NCBI RefSeq assembly: GCF_001194135.2
Contig: NC_068983.1
Location: 166,727,024 to 166,791,023, forward strand
Direction: 5' to 3'
DNA length: 64,000 nt
Origin: Octopus bimaculoides
Lineage: Eukaryota
The notes under the pieces were generated by a model that saw only the letters and a list, made by a program, of their open reading frames with translations, searched no databases and had not been told where the DNA came from. How positions within the stretch are numbered: position 1 is the first letter of the stretch; each line of letters starts with the position of its first letter. Positions 25,300 through 38,563 of this stretch are shown piece by piece. The position numbers and the translations under genes were made by a program.

Positions 25300-25620
25300 T
25301 ATTTATCGCATTTCACTGGGTCTTCAAAAGGCTCAGGAACCACCCTTTACACAGGTGAAAAGATGATAGCTTGTCTGGTACAGCCATGTATCCCACCACA
25401 ACTCCCAGTCCAAAACCACTCTTTGGGGGCACAGTTGAGGGACGGTAAAAGAGAAAATCCTGGTTTCACAACATCAAGGACTGAACAGGTCACAACACTG
25501 CGAACCTGCTTCACCTGACAGAGAAGAGAGATCAATGTTCACGGCAGACTATGAAAGCATCCAGGGTGGCACCCAATGACTGGCGGGGCGGCATCAGCGA
25601 AGGGATCTTGATGATGGTGG
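25300..25620 (+). mobile_element. RTE-like LINE 3' relic
   Basis: Fragmented translation resembling TLFGGTVEGR..RGKSWFHNIKDW, ending at a gatgatg tail. Confidence 0.5.
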
Positions 25621-27874
25621 AAATGCACTCTATGAGAAGTCAGCCTTTATTTCTAACAGATCATGTAGAGTTCACCTCATCCTGGTAGTTGTCAGGGAAA
25701 TACATGGGCAACCCTTGTTCAAGGCCACCATACAAGTTATACAAAGATAGTCCAGTCTTGGCAAGAACTCTGTCTCATATTTTCCCTTATTGTTTTCATT
25801 TAAAATTACAAAAGTTACTCACAACCCAGGATCCATGAAACCCTTCAAACTTATTTAATAACAAAAACGAGATTTGAGAAGATCTACCAAACTATTTCTC
25901 ACCAATATTTTAGCAATTTCCTTTCTTAATTAACCTATTGAATATTGTTTTATTTAAAATATTCTCCATTCATTTATCTCTCTCCAACCTATGATACTGG
26001 TTTATCCAGTTATGTCACACACCCATGGCATTCCTTGCAACTAACATTAATCCCACTCGGTTTTTTTTATATTCTGTATTTTAAAACTGAGAAGTATAAC
26101 AGGTGTTCTTACATACCACACCCAGAAACTACTCAAGCAGAAAGTTTTTTAAAATATCAACACTGAATATTAAAACTTCCACATGGAAGGGAACACACTT
26201 CTGATCCTAGAATGAGACAATTGGGCACAGCTGGTTTGGCACTGGTGATTTGACATGGCTTACTGGATATTCAGCCTGTTTTGGTGATGGTAATCTTCAG
26301 TGCTGGTGGCAAACACACTTGCACACACTAATATACAGATAGATGTAGTGAGAGAGAGAGACATTAGAATTTATTAATTGAATATGATTGACATAAACAC
26401 TTTTCCTTCTCCTCAAATGCTTAACGAGAGAGGGATAGCTATATAAATATATAGATAGACAGACAGAGAAAGAGATAGAGAGATAGAAGCATTATAATTT
26501 ATGAATTGAATATAATTGACATAAAAATCTTGCTTCTCCTCAAATGCATAAAGCGAAATACACTGACACAAACAGAGAGGGAGGGAGAAGGGGAACAAGG
26601 GGAAAATTAAGATGTCTTCTGATCACATAAATCAACAGCAAATTGGCACCAGAAAAGCTGCACCAAAACTTGTGAAACCCATCCATTCCAATAACATATC
26701 CAAACAACTACAAGAACCCAGATTCATCAGCAACACTTCAGAAAATCTTCAGAGATTTTACTCTATCATCTCCCTCCCACCCACCGGCTCTCTCAATTCA
26801 TAAAAATGTAAAACACATTTACACCAAAACAGCAACATCAACTTCACTTGTCCCAAACTCAGTGTTTGGTTATCAATCAGAATTAATTCTAAGAAACTCA
26901 AGTTGTGATGCTGTGAACAGAGACAGAACAGATGGAGCATGACTTAATGGGCACATAAAGAACAGTTCATATAATGAGTAAACATATGAGGTGCAAGACG
27001 AGTACACATTCTAGGCTTGGTGACAGGCAATGAGTAAATGAATGCTATACACAAAGAATTATAGACAGAGGAAAAGGAGAAGGAGTGTGTACACACACAT
27101 ATATCATCATCCTCATCATCACCATCATCTAGCATCTTCTTTTCATGTTGGCATGAATTAGAGAGAGTTTGTCAGGAACTGGTAAGCCAGAGGGAAGAGT
27201 CTTCTCAAGCACAGCAAATGTCTCGGTCACTTGTCATCACCTCATTGAGGCCCGATATTCAAAGATCATGCTTCACCACCTTGTCCCATGTCTTCCTGGG
27301 TCTACCTCTTCCACAAGTTCCCTCCACAGTCAGAGACCAGCACTTCTTTACACAGCTGTCCTCATCCATAACCATATCAACACAGTCGTCTCTCTTGCAC
27401 ACCACATCTAATGCCTCTTATGCTTAACTTTCCTCTCAAGATGCTTACACTCGGTCGTACATGCATACTGACATTGCACGTCCAGCGGAGCATACTAGAT
27501 TCATTTCTTTTAAGCCTTCGCATGTCCTAGAGAGACAGACAGACAGAAAGAGAGAGAGAAGGGGTGTGAATTTCTATAATACAAAATCAATATGGAGAAT
27601 AATTTTGTTTTCGAGTTTTCTTTTAACATTTTAAATATTTGTTTTAATTTTAATTTAAGGTAATAAATAATTTTCTTTTCAAAATTAGAATCCATTTCAT
27701 CATACTGTATAAGCACCAAGAAAATTGATAAAAGTGAAATTATAATGATTGTATGCCGCATTTTCTGACATGGGTAACCATGGTGGTGAAAGTAGACTTC
27801 CAAAGTTGCATGTTGTCATATAATGGGTAATAATCCAGTAATGTGATAAAGACACAGATAGTTAACTTTCTTAC

Positions 27875-28074
27875 CTAAGTGTTTAACAAGCTTTGAAGAA
27901 TCTGTTGCTGATGATGGCAAGGTATCAGGCCCAACAACCGGTCGGTCAATGGTATCTTTAATTACATCATTGACGTAACGCAGGACAGCCACACCATCAC
28001 CCCAAGAGTGTTCAAACGTGACACATGCTTTACCATCACTGGACACGATTGGGTTGAGCGATTTATCAAACCAC
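27875..28074 (-). CDS. CPT2: CPT2 coding exon with catalytic His (WFDKS...FEHSWGDGVAVLRY...)
   Basis: Inside ORF 27816-28160. NRWFDKS and EHSWGDG catalytic motif of carnitine acyltransferases. Acceptor tcgcag, donor G|gtaaga. Confidence 0.97.
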
Positions 28075-29269
28075 CTGCGATTACAACATAAAAACAACAA
28101 TATCATTGGATTAGAAGAAGAAATGAAACATGATTGAGTTGATGTAATTAAGGGCTTCATTTAGGCATGGCTATGTGATTAAAAAAAAACTTGCTTTGCA
28201 ACTATGGAATTTGGAGTTCAATCCCACTGCACAGCACCACCAGTTAGTCTTCTTTTATAACCCTGAGCAGGCAAGTGGCTTGTGAAAGAATTTGGTACAC
28301 ACAAAAATGCAGAAAATGTGCATGGCCATCATATATAGATATATATATATATATATGGCGATGACTACTGACCGAGACCTTTGGAAATGTGCTGTGCGTG
28401 AGAAGACCCGGCAAGCCAAGTGAGATCGTTGCCAGTGCCCCTGGACTGGCTCTTGTGCGGGTGGCACATAAGATGCACCATTTTGAGCNNNNNNNNNNNN
28501 NNNNNNNNNNNNNNNNNNNNNNNNNNNNNNNNNNNNNNNNNNNNNNNNNNNNNNNNNNNNNNNNNNNNNNNNNNNNNNNNNNNNNNNNNNNNNNNNNNNN
28601 NNNNNNNNNNNNNNNNNNNNNNNNNNNNNNNNNNNNNNNNNNNNNNNNNNNNNNNNNNNNNNNNNNNNNNNNNNNNNNNNNNNNNNNNNNNNNNNNNNNN
28701 NNNNNNNNNNNNNNNNNNNNNNNNNNNNNNNNNNNNNNNNNNNNNNNNNNNNNNNNNNNNNNNNNNNNNNNNNNNNNNNNNNNNNNNNNNNNNNNNNNNN
28801 NNNNNNNNNNNNNNNNNNNNNNNNNNNNNNNNNNNNNNNNNNNNNNNNNNNNNNNNNNNNNNNNNNNNNNNNNNNNNNNNNNNNNNNNNNNNNNNNNNNN
28901 NNNNNNNNNNNNNNNNNNNNNNNNNNNNNNNNNNNNNNNNNNNNNNNNNNNNNNNNNNNNNNNNNNNNNNNNNNNNNNNNNNNNNNNNNNNNNNNNNNNN
29001 NNNNNNNNNNNNNNNNNNNNNNNNNNNNNNNNNNNNNNNNNNNNNNNNNNNNNNNNNNNNNNNNNNNNNNNNNNNNNNNNNNNNNNNNNNNNNNNNNNNN
29101 NNNNNNNNNNNNNNNNNNNNNNNNNNNNNNNNNNNNNNNNNNNNNNNNNNNNNNNNNNNNNNNNNNNNNNNNNNNNNNNNNNNNNNNNNNNNNNNNNNNN
29201 NNNNNNNNNNNNNNNNNNNNNNNNNNNNNNNNNNNNNNNNGAGTTTAGTGTCCAATGAAGGAAGGTTGG

Positions 29270-30180
29270 CATGGGTGCCAGTCGTCAAATTTGGTTCGAT
29301 TTCACTTTCCTCAGCAGGTCTTCACAAGCAAAGTTTAGTGTCCAAAGAAGGAAGGTACACATAAGTGGGCTGGCTACACCCTTGGTAAAGGCCACAGGTT
29401 ATGGTCTCACTTGGCTTGCCGGGCCATTTCACGCACAGCATATTTCCAAAGGTCTCAGTCACTAGTCATTGCCTCAGTGAGGCCTAATGTTCGAAGGTCG
29501 TGCTTCACCACCTCATCCCAGGTCTTCCTAGGCCTGCCTCTTCCATGGGCTCCCTCAACCGCTAGGGTGTGGCACTTTATCACACAACTATCCTCAGCCA
29601 TTCTCGCCACATAACCATACCAGCGTAATCGTCTCTCTTGCACGCCACAACTGATGCTTCTTAGGTCCAACTTTTCTCTCAAGGTACTTACACTCTGTCG
29701 AGTATGAACACTGACATTACACATCCATCGGAACATACTGGCATCATTCCTTGCGAGCCTACGCATGTCTTCAGCAGTCATGGCCCATGTTTCACTGCCA
29801 TGTAGCATGGCTGTTCGTACACATGCGTCATATATATATATATCATCATCGTTTAACGTCCACTTTCCATGCTTGGGTTGGACAATTTCACCGAGGACTG
29901 GTGAACCAGATGGCTGCACCAGACTCCAATCTGATCTGGCAAAGTCTCTACAGTTGGATGCCCTTCCTAACGCCAACTACTCTGAGTGTAGTGGGTACTT
30001 TTATGTGCCACCAGCACAAGGGCCAGTGAGGCAGTACTGGCAATAACCACACTCAAGTGGTGTTTTTTACGTGCCACCTGCACAGGAGCCAGCCCAGTGG
30101 TACTGGTAACGACCTCGCTCAAATGTTTTTTTATATGTCACTGGCACAAGTGCCAGTAAGGCAATGCTGGTAACGATCAT
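29270..30180 (-). mobile_element. RTE-clade LINE 3' relics (stacked)
   Basis: ORF 29455-29976 encodes YDACVRTAMLHGSETW...ERRLRWYGYVARM...GRGRPRKTWDEVV, an RTE ORF2 C-terminus. Similar relics at 27140-27510 and 35075-35730. Confidence 0.9.
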
Positions 30181-31488
30181 GATATATATATATACTAGGG
30201 CAAGTCTGAGTTTCCCAGCAATGGAGTTTTGTTTCGTGGGTTTTTTTTTCTCTCTGTTATTTTGCATGCTTTCAACAAATATGACATTGAAATCACATGT
30301 AAACGGCTCCTTTCCCCAGAAAAGGAAAGATTTGGCTACTATTTCTTGCACACCTTGCTACCACGTAACAGGTATTTGGGGTCTTTTATCACAAATAGCT
30401 GTTATGTGGTAGCAGGGCATGCTAAAAATAGCAGCCAAATCTTTGGTGGTGATATGTTGAATGCACTTGAAAGAAACTATTTCACTCCAAGGTTACGAAC
30501 AGGTCTTTTAGAAAATATTTACCATATTTTTAAAATCATTTTCACTTAAAATTATTTTGCCCATCATGTGTCTAATGGAGAGGTTAGAGTTTCTTTCCTT
30601 TCGGGGTTAAGTTACCTTCAGAGTATTTCCCATTATGCATCATTTTGGGCATTTATACTCCAAAACCCCGAATATCTCAACTACTGGCCCAGTTTATGTG
30701 AAACTTGTTTTATTCCGTTTGTATTCACATTTCAGGGGCACTTTACTTTCAAAGTATTTTCCCATTATGCGCCAGTTTGGCTGTGTAACATTGCAAGCAA
30801 GCAAGATTGAATTTCACTTTTAATGTATTTAGATATACATACATCTTTATCAGAGATCGGTGAACAACCAAGATATATATGTGTGTATAATTCTTTAAAA
30901 AGAATAGTATTGACAGTGCCTTCGATGTTTTGGCCAGCAAAGCCATTATCAGGCTGTCCAATGATGACTTAGCTGACCAAAACTTCGAAGTTACTGACAA
31001 TACTATTCTTTCGAAAGAATAATAAGTTTGTACTCAACTAAATGTATTACAAACATTAACAGATGTTAAATGATGATGATGATGATGATGTGTGTGTGTG
31101 TGTTTGCCTCACCACCCACTGCTCAACAACTGGAGTTGGTTTATTTATGTCCTTGTAGCCTAGTGGTTCAACAAAAGAGAATGATAGAATAAGCATGTGA
31201 CCTGAAACCAATAAGAACCAGCATCAATTGGTTTCACTAAATCCTTCCCACATGTTTAGCTCTTGACTTCTCTTTCCTTCAAATGCCACAAAAATCCTTT
31301 CACTGAATGTTTCCAGACATGTAACCCCTTTTATTGTTGTCTATATTTTAGAAGAATCACCGTTTGTACATTTTTTAATCTTCAGATTCAGACAAACAAA
31401 ACTGTTGACTCCCACCCTGGTCAGATTTCCACCATCTTAAGCAAACACCAAGAGGAGACACAGACAAAACCTGCAAATGCTTACCTAC

Positions 31489-31609
31489 CTGTTAGAGCCA
31501 TCTCCATGGAGATAGGTTTCCATTATTTCATCTGGTGTTGATGGTGAATGATGGTCCAATGATAAAGCAAACAAAGCCCCATCGACTTCTCTGAGGATTT
31601 CTTCATTCC
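31489..31609 (-). CDS. CPT2: CPT2 coding exon (GNEEILREVDGALFALSLD...YLHGDGSNR)
   Basis: Manual translation gives the GNEE.L..VD.A.F.L.LD...LHGDG.NR motif. Acceptor tatttcag, donor AG|gtaggt. Confidence 0.95.
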
Positions 31610-32024
31610 CTGAAATAGAAACAAAGAAATAAAAGACAAGACACACAAAATACATTCAACTTGGTTTTATGGCTGCTTTCCTATGCTAGCATGGGTTAGA
31701 TGACCATTAGGGAGGCATTGCTTCACAACCAATACCTTTCCTAAAACTGACCAGTGCTTGTCTTCCAGGTAAAAGATGTCTCATTTCCCATATTTTAAAA
31801 GACCAAAAGCAGGAGAAATAATGACATCACTGTTTGTAGATTGAAATACACAAAGGACATGTAAACACACACACACACATGATAAGCAGCATTTCTTTAG
31901 TCTTCATCTGCCAGATCCACTCACAACATTTTGTCTCACATGGGTCTATAGAAGAAGACATCCAAGGGACCATAGGTACCATACAGTGGGGAAGCACACT
32001 TAACCACAAACCCATGCCTGCACG

Positions 32025-32056
<32 letters not shown>

Positions 32057-32070
32057 ACACNNNNNNNNNN

Positions 32071-32370
32071 TGAGATCGTTGCCAGTGCCCCTGGACTGGC
32101 TCCTGTGCGGGTGGCACATAAAAGACACCATTTTGAGATTTTGAGCGTGGCCGTTGCCAGTACCACCTGACTGGCCTTCATGCGGGTAACACGTAAACGC
32201 ACCCACTACACTCTCTGAGTGGTTGGCGTTAGGAAGGGCATCCAGCTGTAGAAACTCTGTCAAATCAGATTGGAGGCTGGTGTTGCCATCCAGTTTCACC
32301 AGTCCTCAGTCAAATCGTCCAACCCATGCTAGCATGGAAAGCGGACGTTAAACGATGATGATGATGATAT
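32071..32370 (+). mobile_element. Young RTE 3' UTR copy with (GAT)n tail
   Basis: Near-identical to 33968-34270 and 62236-62405, with CpGs largely retained. Confidence 0.85.
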
Positions 32371-32535
32371 ATAAGTATATAGTTATGTTATATTCCATTA
32401 GGAGTGTGGTAGAGTACAGCATAAAGCTAGTCCACCTTCAGAATTTCCCAGTACTATCGGTAGTATTATAATATACTTCCAAGTTTTTATTTGGGCATTC
32501 ACTGTTCCAAGTTTAAATTTGGGTATTCATCGTAT

Positions 32536-32655
32536 ATCACCTGAGGAAACACAACTAGATCTCATTATGCAAAGAAACAGTTGCATAATCAGATGCCTAC
32601 ATTCCTGGAGAACTACGTTGCGTCGAAACAATTGTAACAAATAATAAATAAATGT
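32536..32655 (+). ncRNA. Degenerate hammerhead-ribozyme-like motif (Penelope-type) with expanded stem II
   Basis: CTGAGGA (32541-47), decayed stem II arm aacacaactag pairing with ctacgttgcgtc, GAAA (32625-28), palindromic stem III ACAATTGT, then AATAAA. Confidence 0.45.
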
Positions 32656-32708
32656 CCAATCATACTCCTTCTTCTTGACTCCAAATTTTTCAATTTTATA
32701 TATGTATG

Positions 32709-32755
<47 letters not shown>

Positions 32756-32780
32756 ATGTGTGTGTGTGTGTATAGATGTA

Positions 32781-32825
<45 letters not shown>

Positions 32826-33106
32826 GCCACTGTGTTGTTGGCCAACAGTCTATACAATAGCCACATGGCCACAGATTGACCAATTCCTCAAGAGAAATTG
32901 ATAGACAGAAACTGAAGAAATCTGATAAATAACAACCAAATCTTCCTCAAATCTTCAAGAAAAGAAAGATTCTTCAGATAATATACTGTTAGATACATTG
33001 TGTCTGTAAAAAGAAGGTATGGTCATGGCTGGAATGCCTTTAGTCTAAGATTTACTCCATCAGCACTGTCCAACAACAACAACAACAACAAACAGAATCC
33101 CATTAC

Positions 33107-33253
33107 CTGTTTCTATAAAATGCTGTCGAACAGCAGCCCAGACATCTCTGTTCTCAGTTGTCATCTGAGCGACCGGATAATCTGCAACAGGACGAGGATT
33201 ACTGCAGATGTATTTCAGATGAGCAAGGATTTCCTCAGCTGGTTTGATGCTGT
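33107..33253 (-). CDS. CPT2: CPT2 coding exon (DSIKPAEEILAHLKYI...TTENRDVWAAVRQHFIET)
   Basis: Inside ORF 33060-33416. AHLKYI and TxENRDxWA motifs. Acceptor ggttttccag, donor G|gtaatg. Confidence 0.95.
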
Positions 33254-33853
33254 CTGGAAAACCAAATTCAAGTGTTACATTCACACTATTACCACATTTA
33301 TATATAAAAAAAAAAGAAGGAAAAGTAGACATTAAAACAATTGCACGTATATCATCATCATCATCATCATCATCATTATTATCATCCTTTTGAAGTTCAC
33401 TTTCCCATGCTTGCATGGAGGAGATGGAGTCTACTCAGGCAGATTTTCTATGGCTGGATGCCTTTCCTGTAGCCAACCCTCACGTGTTTCCAAGTAAGGT
33501 GATATTTCTCCATGGTCTGACATGTTTTTGCATTTTGGAAATGAATAACATTCATTTATAATATTGTCAAGACAAAGACACACACACACATATATGCACA
33601 CACATGCACACACACACACACACACACTCACACACACACATGTGATGAGCTTCTTTCAGTTTCCATCTACCAAATCCACTCACAAGGCTTTGCTTGGTCT
33701 GGGGCTATAGCAGAAGACACTTACCCAATGTGTCACACAGTGGGACTGAACCCAAAACAATGTGGTAGGGAAGCAAACTTCTCAACCACACAGCCACTCC
33801 TGCACCCATAGTCATATCTATGCCAATATATATATAATATAAATAATATATGC

Positions 33854-33891
<38 letters not shown>

Positions 33892-33967
33892 NNNNNNNNN
33901 NNNNNNNNNNNNNNNNNNNNNNNNNNNNNNNNNNNNNNNNNNNNNNNNNNNNNNNNNNNNNNNNNNT

Positions 33968-34270
33968 TGCCAGTACCGCCTGACTGGCTCCTGTAGGATT
34001 TTCGAGCGAGATCGTTGCCAGCGCCCCTGGACTGGCTTGTGCGGGTGGCACATAAAAGACACCATTTCGAGCGTGGCCGTTTTCGTGCGGGTGACACGTA
34101 AAAGCACCCACTACACTCTCTGAGTGGTTGGCGTTAGGAAGGGCATCCAGCTGTAGAAACTCTGCCAAATCAGACTGGAGCCTGGTGTTGCCATCCGGTT
34201 TCACCAGTCCTCAGTCAAATCGTCCAACCCATGCTAGCATGGAAAGCGGACGTTAAACGATGATGATGAT
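33968..34270 (+). mobile_element. Young RTE 3' UTR copy with (GAT)n tail
   Basis: Near-identical to 62236-62405 over about 165 nt. Confidence 0.85.
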
Positions 34271-36621
34271 ATATGTATGTATATATATGCATATATTATT
34301 TATTTCATATATATATTGGCATAGATATATATATATATAATATAAATAATATATAAATATATGCATATATGCATACGTATATGTACATACCTACATATAT
34401 ATGTATATATATGCATATATGGGTACAGGACATCAAAAAACGTAGACACAATGAGAAAACATATCCAGGTATGTACATTTATGTATGAATATATGCATAT
34501 ATTTATATTATTATATGATCGAACACCTCGCATCCTTTTCCAAGTATATCTATATATATATATATATATATACAGATATAGGGCAGGGAATCGTCAATTA
34601 GTAATAAAATTAATAATTAACAATTTTGCCTAGTAGTTCAGTATGAAAAAACCTTTATCGGTAAAACCATTTATAATCATAAATATACAGGGATTAGCAT
34701 GAGTTGCTTCTCCAACATACTGAGAATTTAGAAATATTTTGACTGCTATTTCTAAATTCTCAGTATGTTGGAGAAGCAACTCATGNNNNNNNNNNNNNNN
34801 NNNNNNNNNNNNNNNNNNNNNNNNNNNNNNNNNNNNNNNNNNNNNNNNNNNNNNNNNNNNNNNNNNNNNNNNNNNNNNNNNNNNNNNNNNNNNNNNNNNN
34901 NNNNNNNNNNNNNNNNNNNNNNNNNNNNNNNNNNNNNNNNNNNNNNNNNNNNNNNNNNNNNNNNNNNNNNNNNNNNNNNNNNNNNNNNNNNNNNNNNNNN
35001 NNNNNNNNNNNNNNNNNNNNNNNNNNNNNNNNNNNNNNNNNNNNNNNNNNNTATATATATATATATATATTGTCATCATCATCATTTAACATCCATTGTC
35101 TATACTGGCATGGGTTCGATGGTTTGACCAGGGCTGGTAAGCTGAGGGGCTGCACAGGACTCCAGTCTGATTTGGCAGGGTTTCTATGGCTGGATGCCCT
35201 TCCTAATGCCAACCACTCCAAAAGTGCAAAGAGTGCTTTTACGTGGCTCCAGCACAGGTACCAGTTGCATGACACCACTATCTGCCATGATTACAATTTC
35301 ACTTGTCTTCATGAGTCTTCATTCTCAAGTATGGCATATTACCAAAGGTCTCAGCCATTTCTCACTGCCTCCATGAGGCCCAATACTCGAAAGGTGCTTT
35401 TTATGTGCCAATGGCACAGGTGCCAGTTTCGTGCCTCCAGTATCAACCACATTGCCTCTGTGAAGCCCAACACTTGATGAGCACTTTTTATGTGCCACTG
35501 ACACAGGTGCCAGGTACACGACACCAGCATCAGCCTCAATGCCTTTGTGAAGCCCAATGCTTCAAAGAGATACCACAGCATATCGCTAAAGGTCCCAGTC
35601 ACTGCCTCTGTAAGGCCCAATGCTCAAAGATCATGTTTTACCACCTCATCCCATGTCTTCCTGGGTCTACCTCTTCCACAGTTTCCCCCCACAATCAGAG
35701 ATTGGCACTTCTTTATAACTTCATCCCTCCCACCCACCAGTAAAAGAATCAGGACCACTTCCTGTCCATCTTGACTAAAAGATTAAAAATAAATTTATTA
35801 TTCCAAGGGTGGAGTAAAATATTATTTTACTGAAGTCGAAAACAACTTCACAGGCTATTTATTATTCAGCTTTCCACATCACTGATCACCAGACACTTAT
35901 GACTGTGTGCGGTGTGTGTGTGTGTGTGTGCACGTGTACATATGTGTATGTGTATGGTGACCTCACCGGTGCTAGTGTCACGTAAAAAGCATGTAAAATG
36001 GCTGGCATTAGGAAGAGCCTCCAGGTATAAAAATTAAGCCAAAGTAGACATAGGCGTAGGAGTGGCTGTGTGGTAAGTAGCTTGCTTACCAACCATATGG
36101 TTCTGGGTTCAGTCCCACTGCATGGCACCTTGGGCAAATGTCTTCTACTATAGACCCAGGCCAAGCAAAGCCTTGTGAGTGGATTTGGTAGACGGAAACT
36201 GAAAGAAGCCCATCGTATATATATATGTGTGTGTGTGTGTGTGTGCGCATGTTCGTGTGTCTGTGTTTGTCCCCCCCCCCCACCATCACTTGACAACTGA
36301 TGCTGGTGCGTTCATGTCCCCATAATGAAGCGGTTCAGCAAAAAATAAGTACTAGGCTTATAGAATAAGTACTAGGCTTATAAAGATAGAATAAGTACTA
36401 GGCTTATAAAGAATAAGTCCTGGGGTCGATTTGTTCGACTAAAGGCAGTGCTCCAGCATGGCCGCAGTCAAATGACTGAAACAAGTAAAAGGATAAAAAT
36501 AGAACTTAACGCCGTCCTCTGACTGACCAGCTCTGGCCAAACCATACCAGTATGGAAGATGGACATTAAATGATGATGATAATGATGATATCATAAATAT
36601 AAAAAATTAATTATGTCTCAC

Positions 36622-36719
36622 CATCTGAGTTTAAAACATCAAACGAGTACATATGACCCTTGTGTAATACGAGTAAATGGCGACTAGACGGATTGGAATG
36701 GAGCTCATCTCTACTTTTC
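36622..36719 (-). CDS. CPT2: CPT2 coding exon (KSRDELHSNPSSRHLLVLHKGHMYSFDVLNSD)
   Basis: Matches vertebrate RDEL...RHLLVLRKGNFYIFDVL. Acceptor tttaaacag, donor G|gtgaga. Confidence 0.95.
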
Positions 36720-38458
36720 CTGTTTAAAGATGAGAAATGGAAATAAATGAATAAATAAATAAACATTCCAGGGGGTAACGAGTTCAAAAGTAGTTGTGTC
36801 CAGTCACTTAGAATAAGGAATTAAAGGTAAATCTGAGAAGGGATTAAGTATTTAATCCAGAACTGATAATCTAGTAAAATACATTTTGTTGGATAAATGA
36901 CAATGGATTGAATATTTTATATAAATAAACATTTATAAATGTGATAACCAATAAAATGATTTAAATGCTTGCATGATTATGGGTGTGTCCAATCATGTTT
37001 ATCATATTTGTGTGCATTCAAGCATGGAAAGACAAATGATGCAGAAACTGCCTCAAGAGAAAAATTCTCCTTAGAGACAATGTAAAAAGCACTCATGCTG
37101 GCGTCACATAAAAAGCACTTGTGGTGGCCCCATGTATAAAGCATCCATGCCAGTGCTACATTAAAAAGCACCTGTGCCAGCACCACATACAAAGCACCCA
37201 GTACATTCTGTAAAGTGGTCAGCATTAGAAAGGGCATCCAGCCATAGAAACCCTGCCAAACAGATGACTGGAGCCTGGGCAATCTGCTGGCTTGCCAGTT
37301 CCTGTCCAACCCATGCCAGCATGGAAAATGGGTAGTAAATGATGATGACGATGATGATGAGACAATATGAATGAAAAGAGATCACTGGCCCATCTGGAGC
37401 ATAAGGGCCCATGCAGTCTTGAATAGTTGTATGTCATCAGCCACAGACACTGAGTGGCCCTTCATAGCCGCTAACAACAGGTTGTTCTCATATTAGAACA
37501 GAAACGCTGATGTGTGCCCCTCTAATTAATTAATTAATTACAGCTTGACAAAGCTTTTCACCCATCAACAAGGTATTCTTTTACAGCTGAATGGATTTCC
37601 TATCATGATTTCACACATCATTGAAGACATGAAAAGAGCGAATGGTTTGGTGACAGCAGCAGCAACAACAACAACAGCAACAACAACAACAACAACACTG
37701 CTTGTACCTCACAACTTTCATAGAGCNNNNNNNNNNNNNNNNNNNNNNNNNNNNNNNNNNNNNNNNNNNNNNNNNNNNNNNNNNNNNNNNNNNNNNNNNN
37801 NNNNNNNNNNNNNNNNNNNNNNNNNNNNNNNNNNNNNNNNNNNNNNNNNNNNNNNNNNNNNNNNNNNNNNNNNNNNNNNNNNNNNNNNNNNNNNNNNNNN
37901 NNNNNNNNNNNNNNNNNNNNNNNNNNNNNNNNNNNNNNNNNNNNNNNNNNNNNNNNNNNNNNNNNNNNNNNNNNNNNNNNNNNNNNNNNNNNNNNNNNNN
38001 NNNNNNNNNNNNNNNNNNNNNNNNNNNNNNNNNNNNNNNNNNNNNNNNNNNNNNNNNNNNNNTGGTTTGGTGACAGCAGCAGCAACAACAACAACAGCAA
38101 CAACAACAACAACAACACTGCTTGTACCTCACAACTTTCATAGAGCACAAACATAAACACAGACACACACACACACACATTCACATGTGTGTGTGTGTGT
38201 GTGTGTAAACATGAGAGTGTGTGAGAAGTTCCTTTCCACCTTGTCTCAAGATCATTCAAAAGGCTTTGGTCAACTTAGATCTCTGGTAGGAGACTTTCAC
38301 ACAGACTTGTGTGTGTACGATGAGTGTCTTTCATTCACATGGCTTTGATTGGCCTGGAGATATAGCACAGGACACTTGCCCCCCACCCCCTCCTCACACA
38401 TAATCATACATACATAGATATATACACCCAGAGAAAGACACACAAACACTGAACTTAC

Positions 38459-38563
38459 TTGGGAATTCTGGTCGACTTAAACAGTCTTTTGTATTGACTC
38501 ATATCCAAAGGATAAGCTTTATACAGGAAAGCCCCGTACCATGACACGGCCTCTGGAAGCCAC
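38459..38563 (-). CDS. CPT2: CPT2 coding exon ([34 protein letters not shown])
   Basis: YPLDMSQY motif of CPT2. Acceptor ttttttgccag, donor AA|gtaagt. Phase 2 to 2. Confidence 0.96.

Noticed and set aside
28244-29364. Long ORFs spanning N runs (also 3277-3876, 12217-12780, 34630-35278, 37545-38259, 38706-39598)
   Set aside because: They are open only because N codons contain no stops; flanks are repeat or microsatellite sequence.
36344-36418. Triplicated aataagtactaggctta unit
   Set aside because: Local slippage within a common SINE body; not a CRISPR-like array (no unique spacers).
37643-38146. Identical ~84-nt sequence on both sides of the N gap (tggtttggtgacagcagc...catagagc)
   Set aside because: Most likely overlapping contig ends around a CAA microsatellite, i.e. 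an assembly artefact rather than a tandem duplication.
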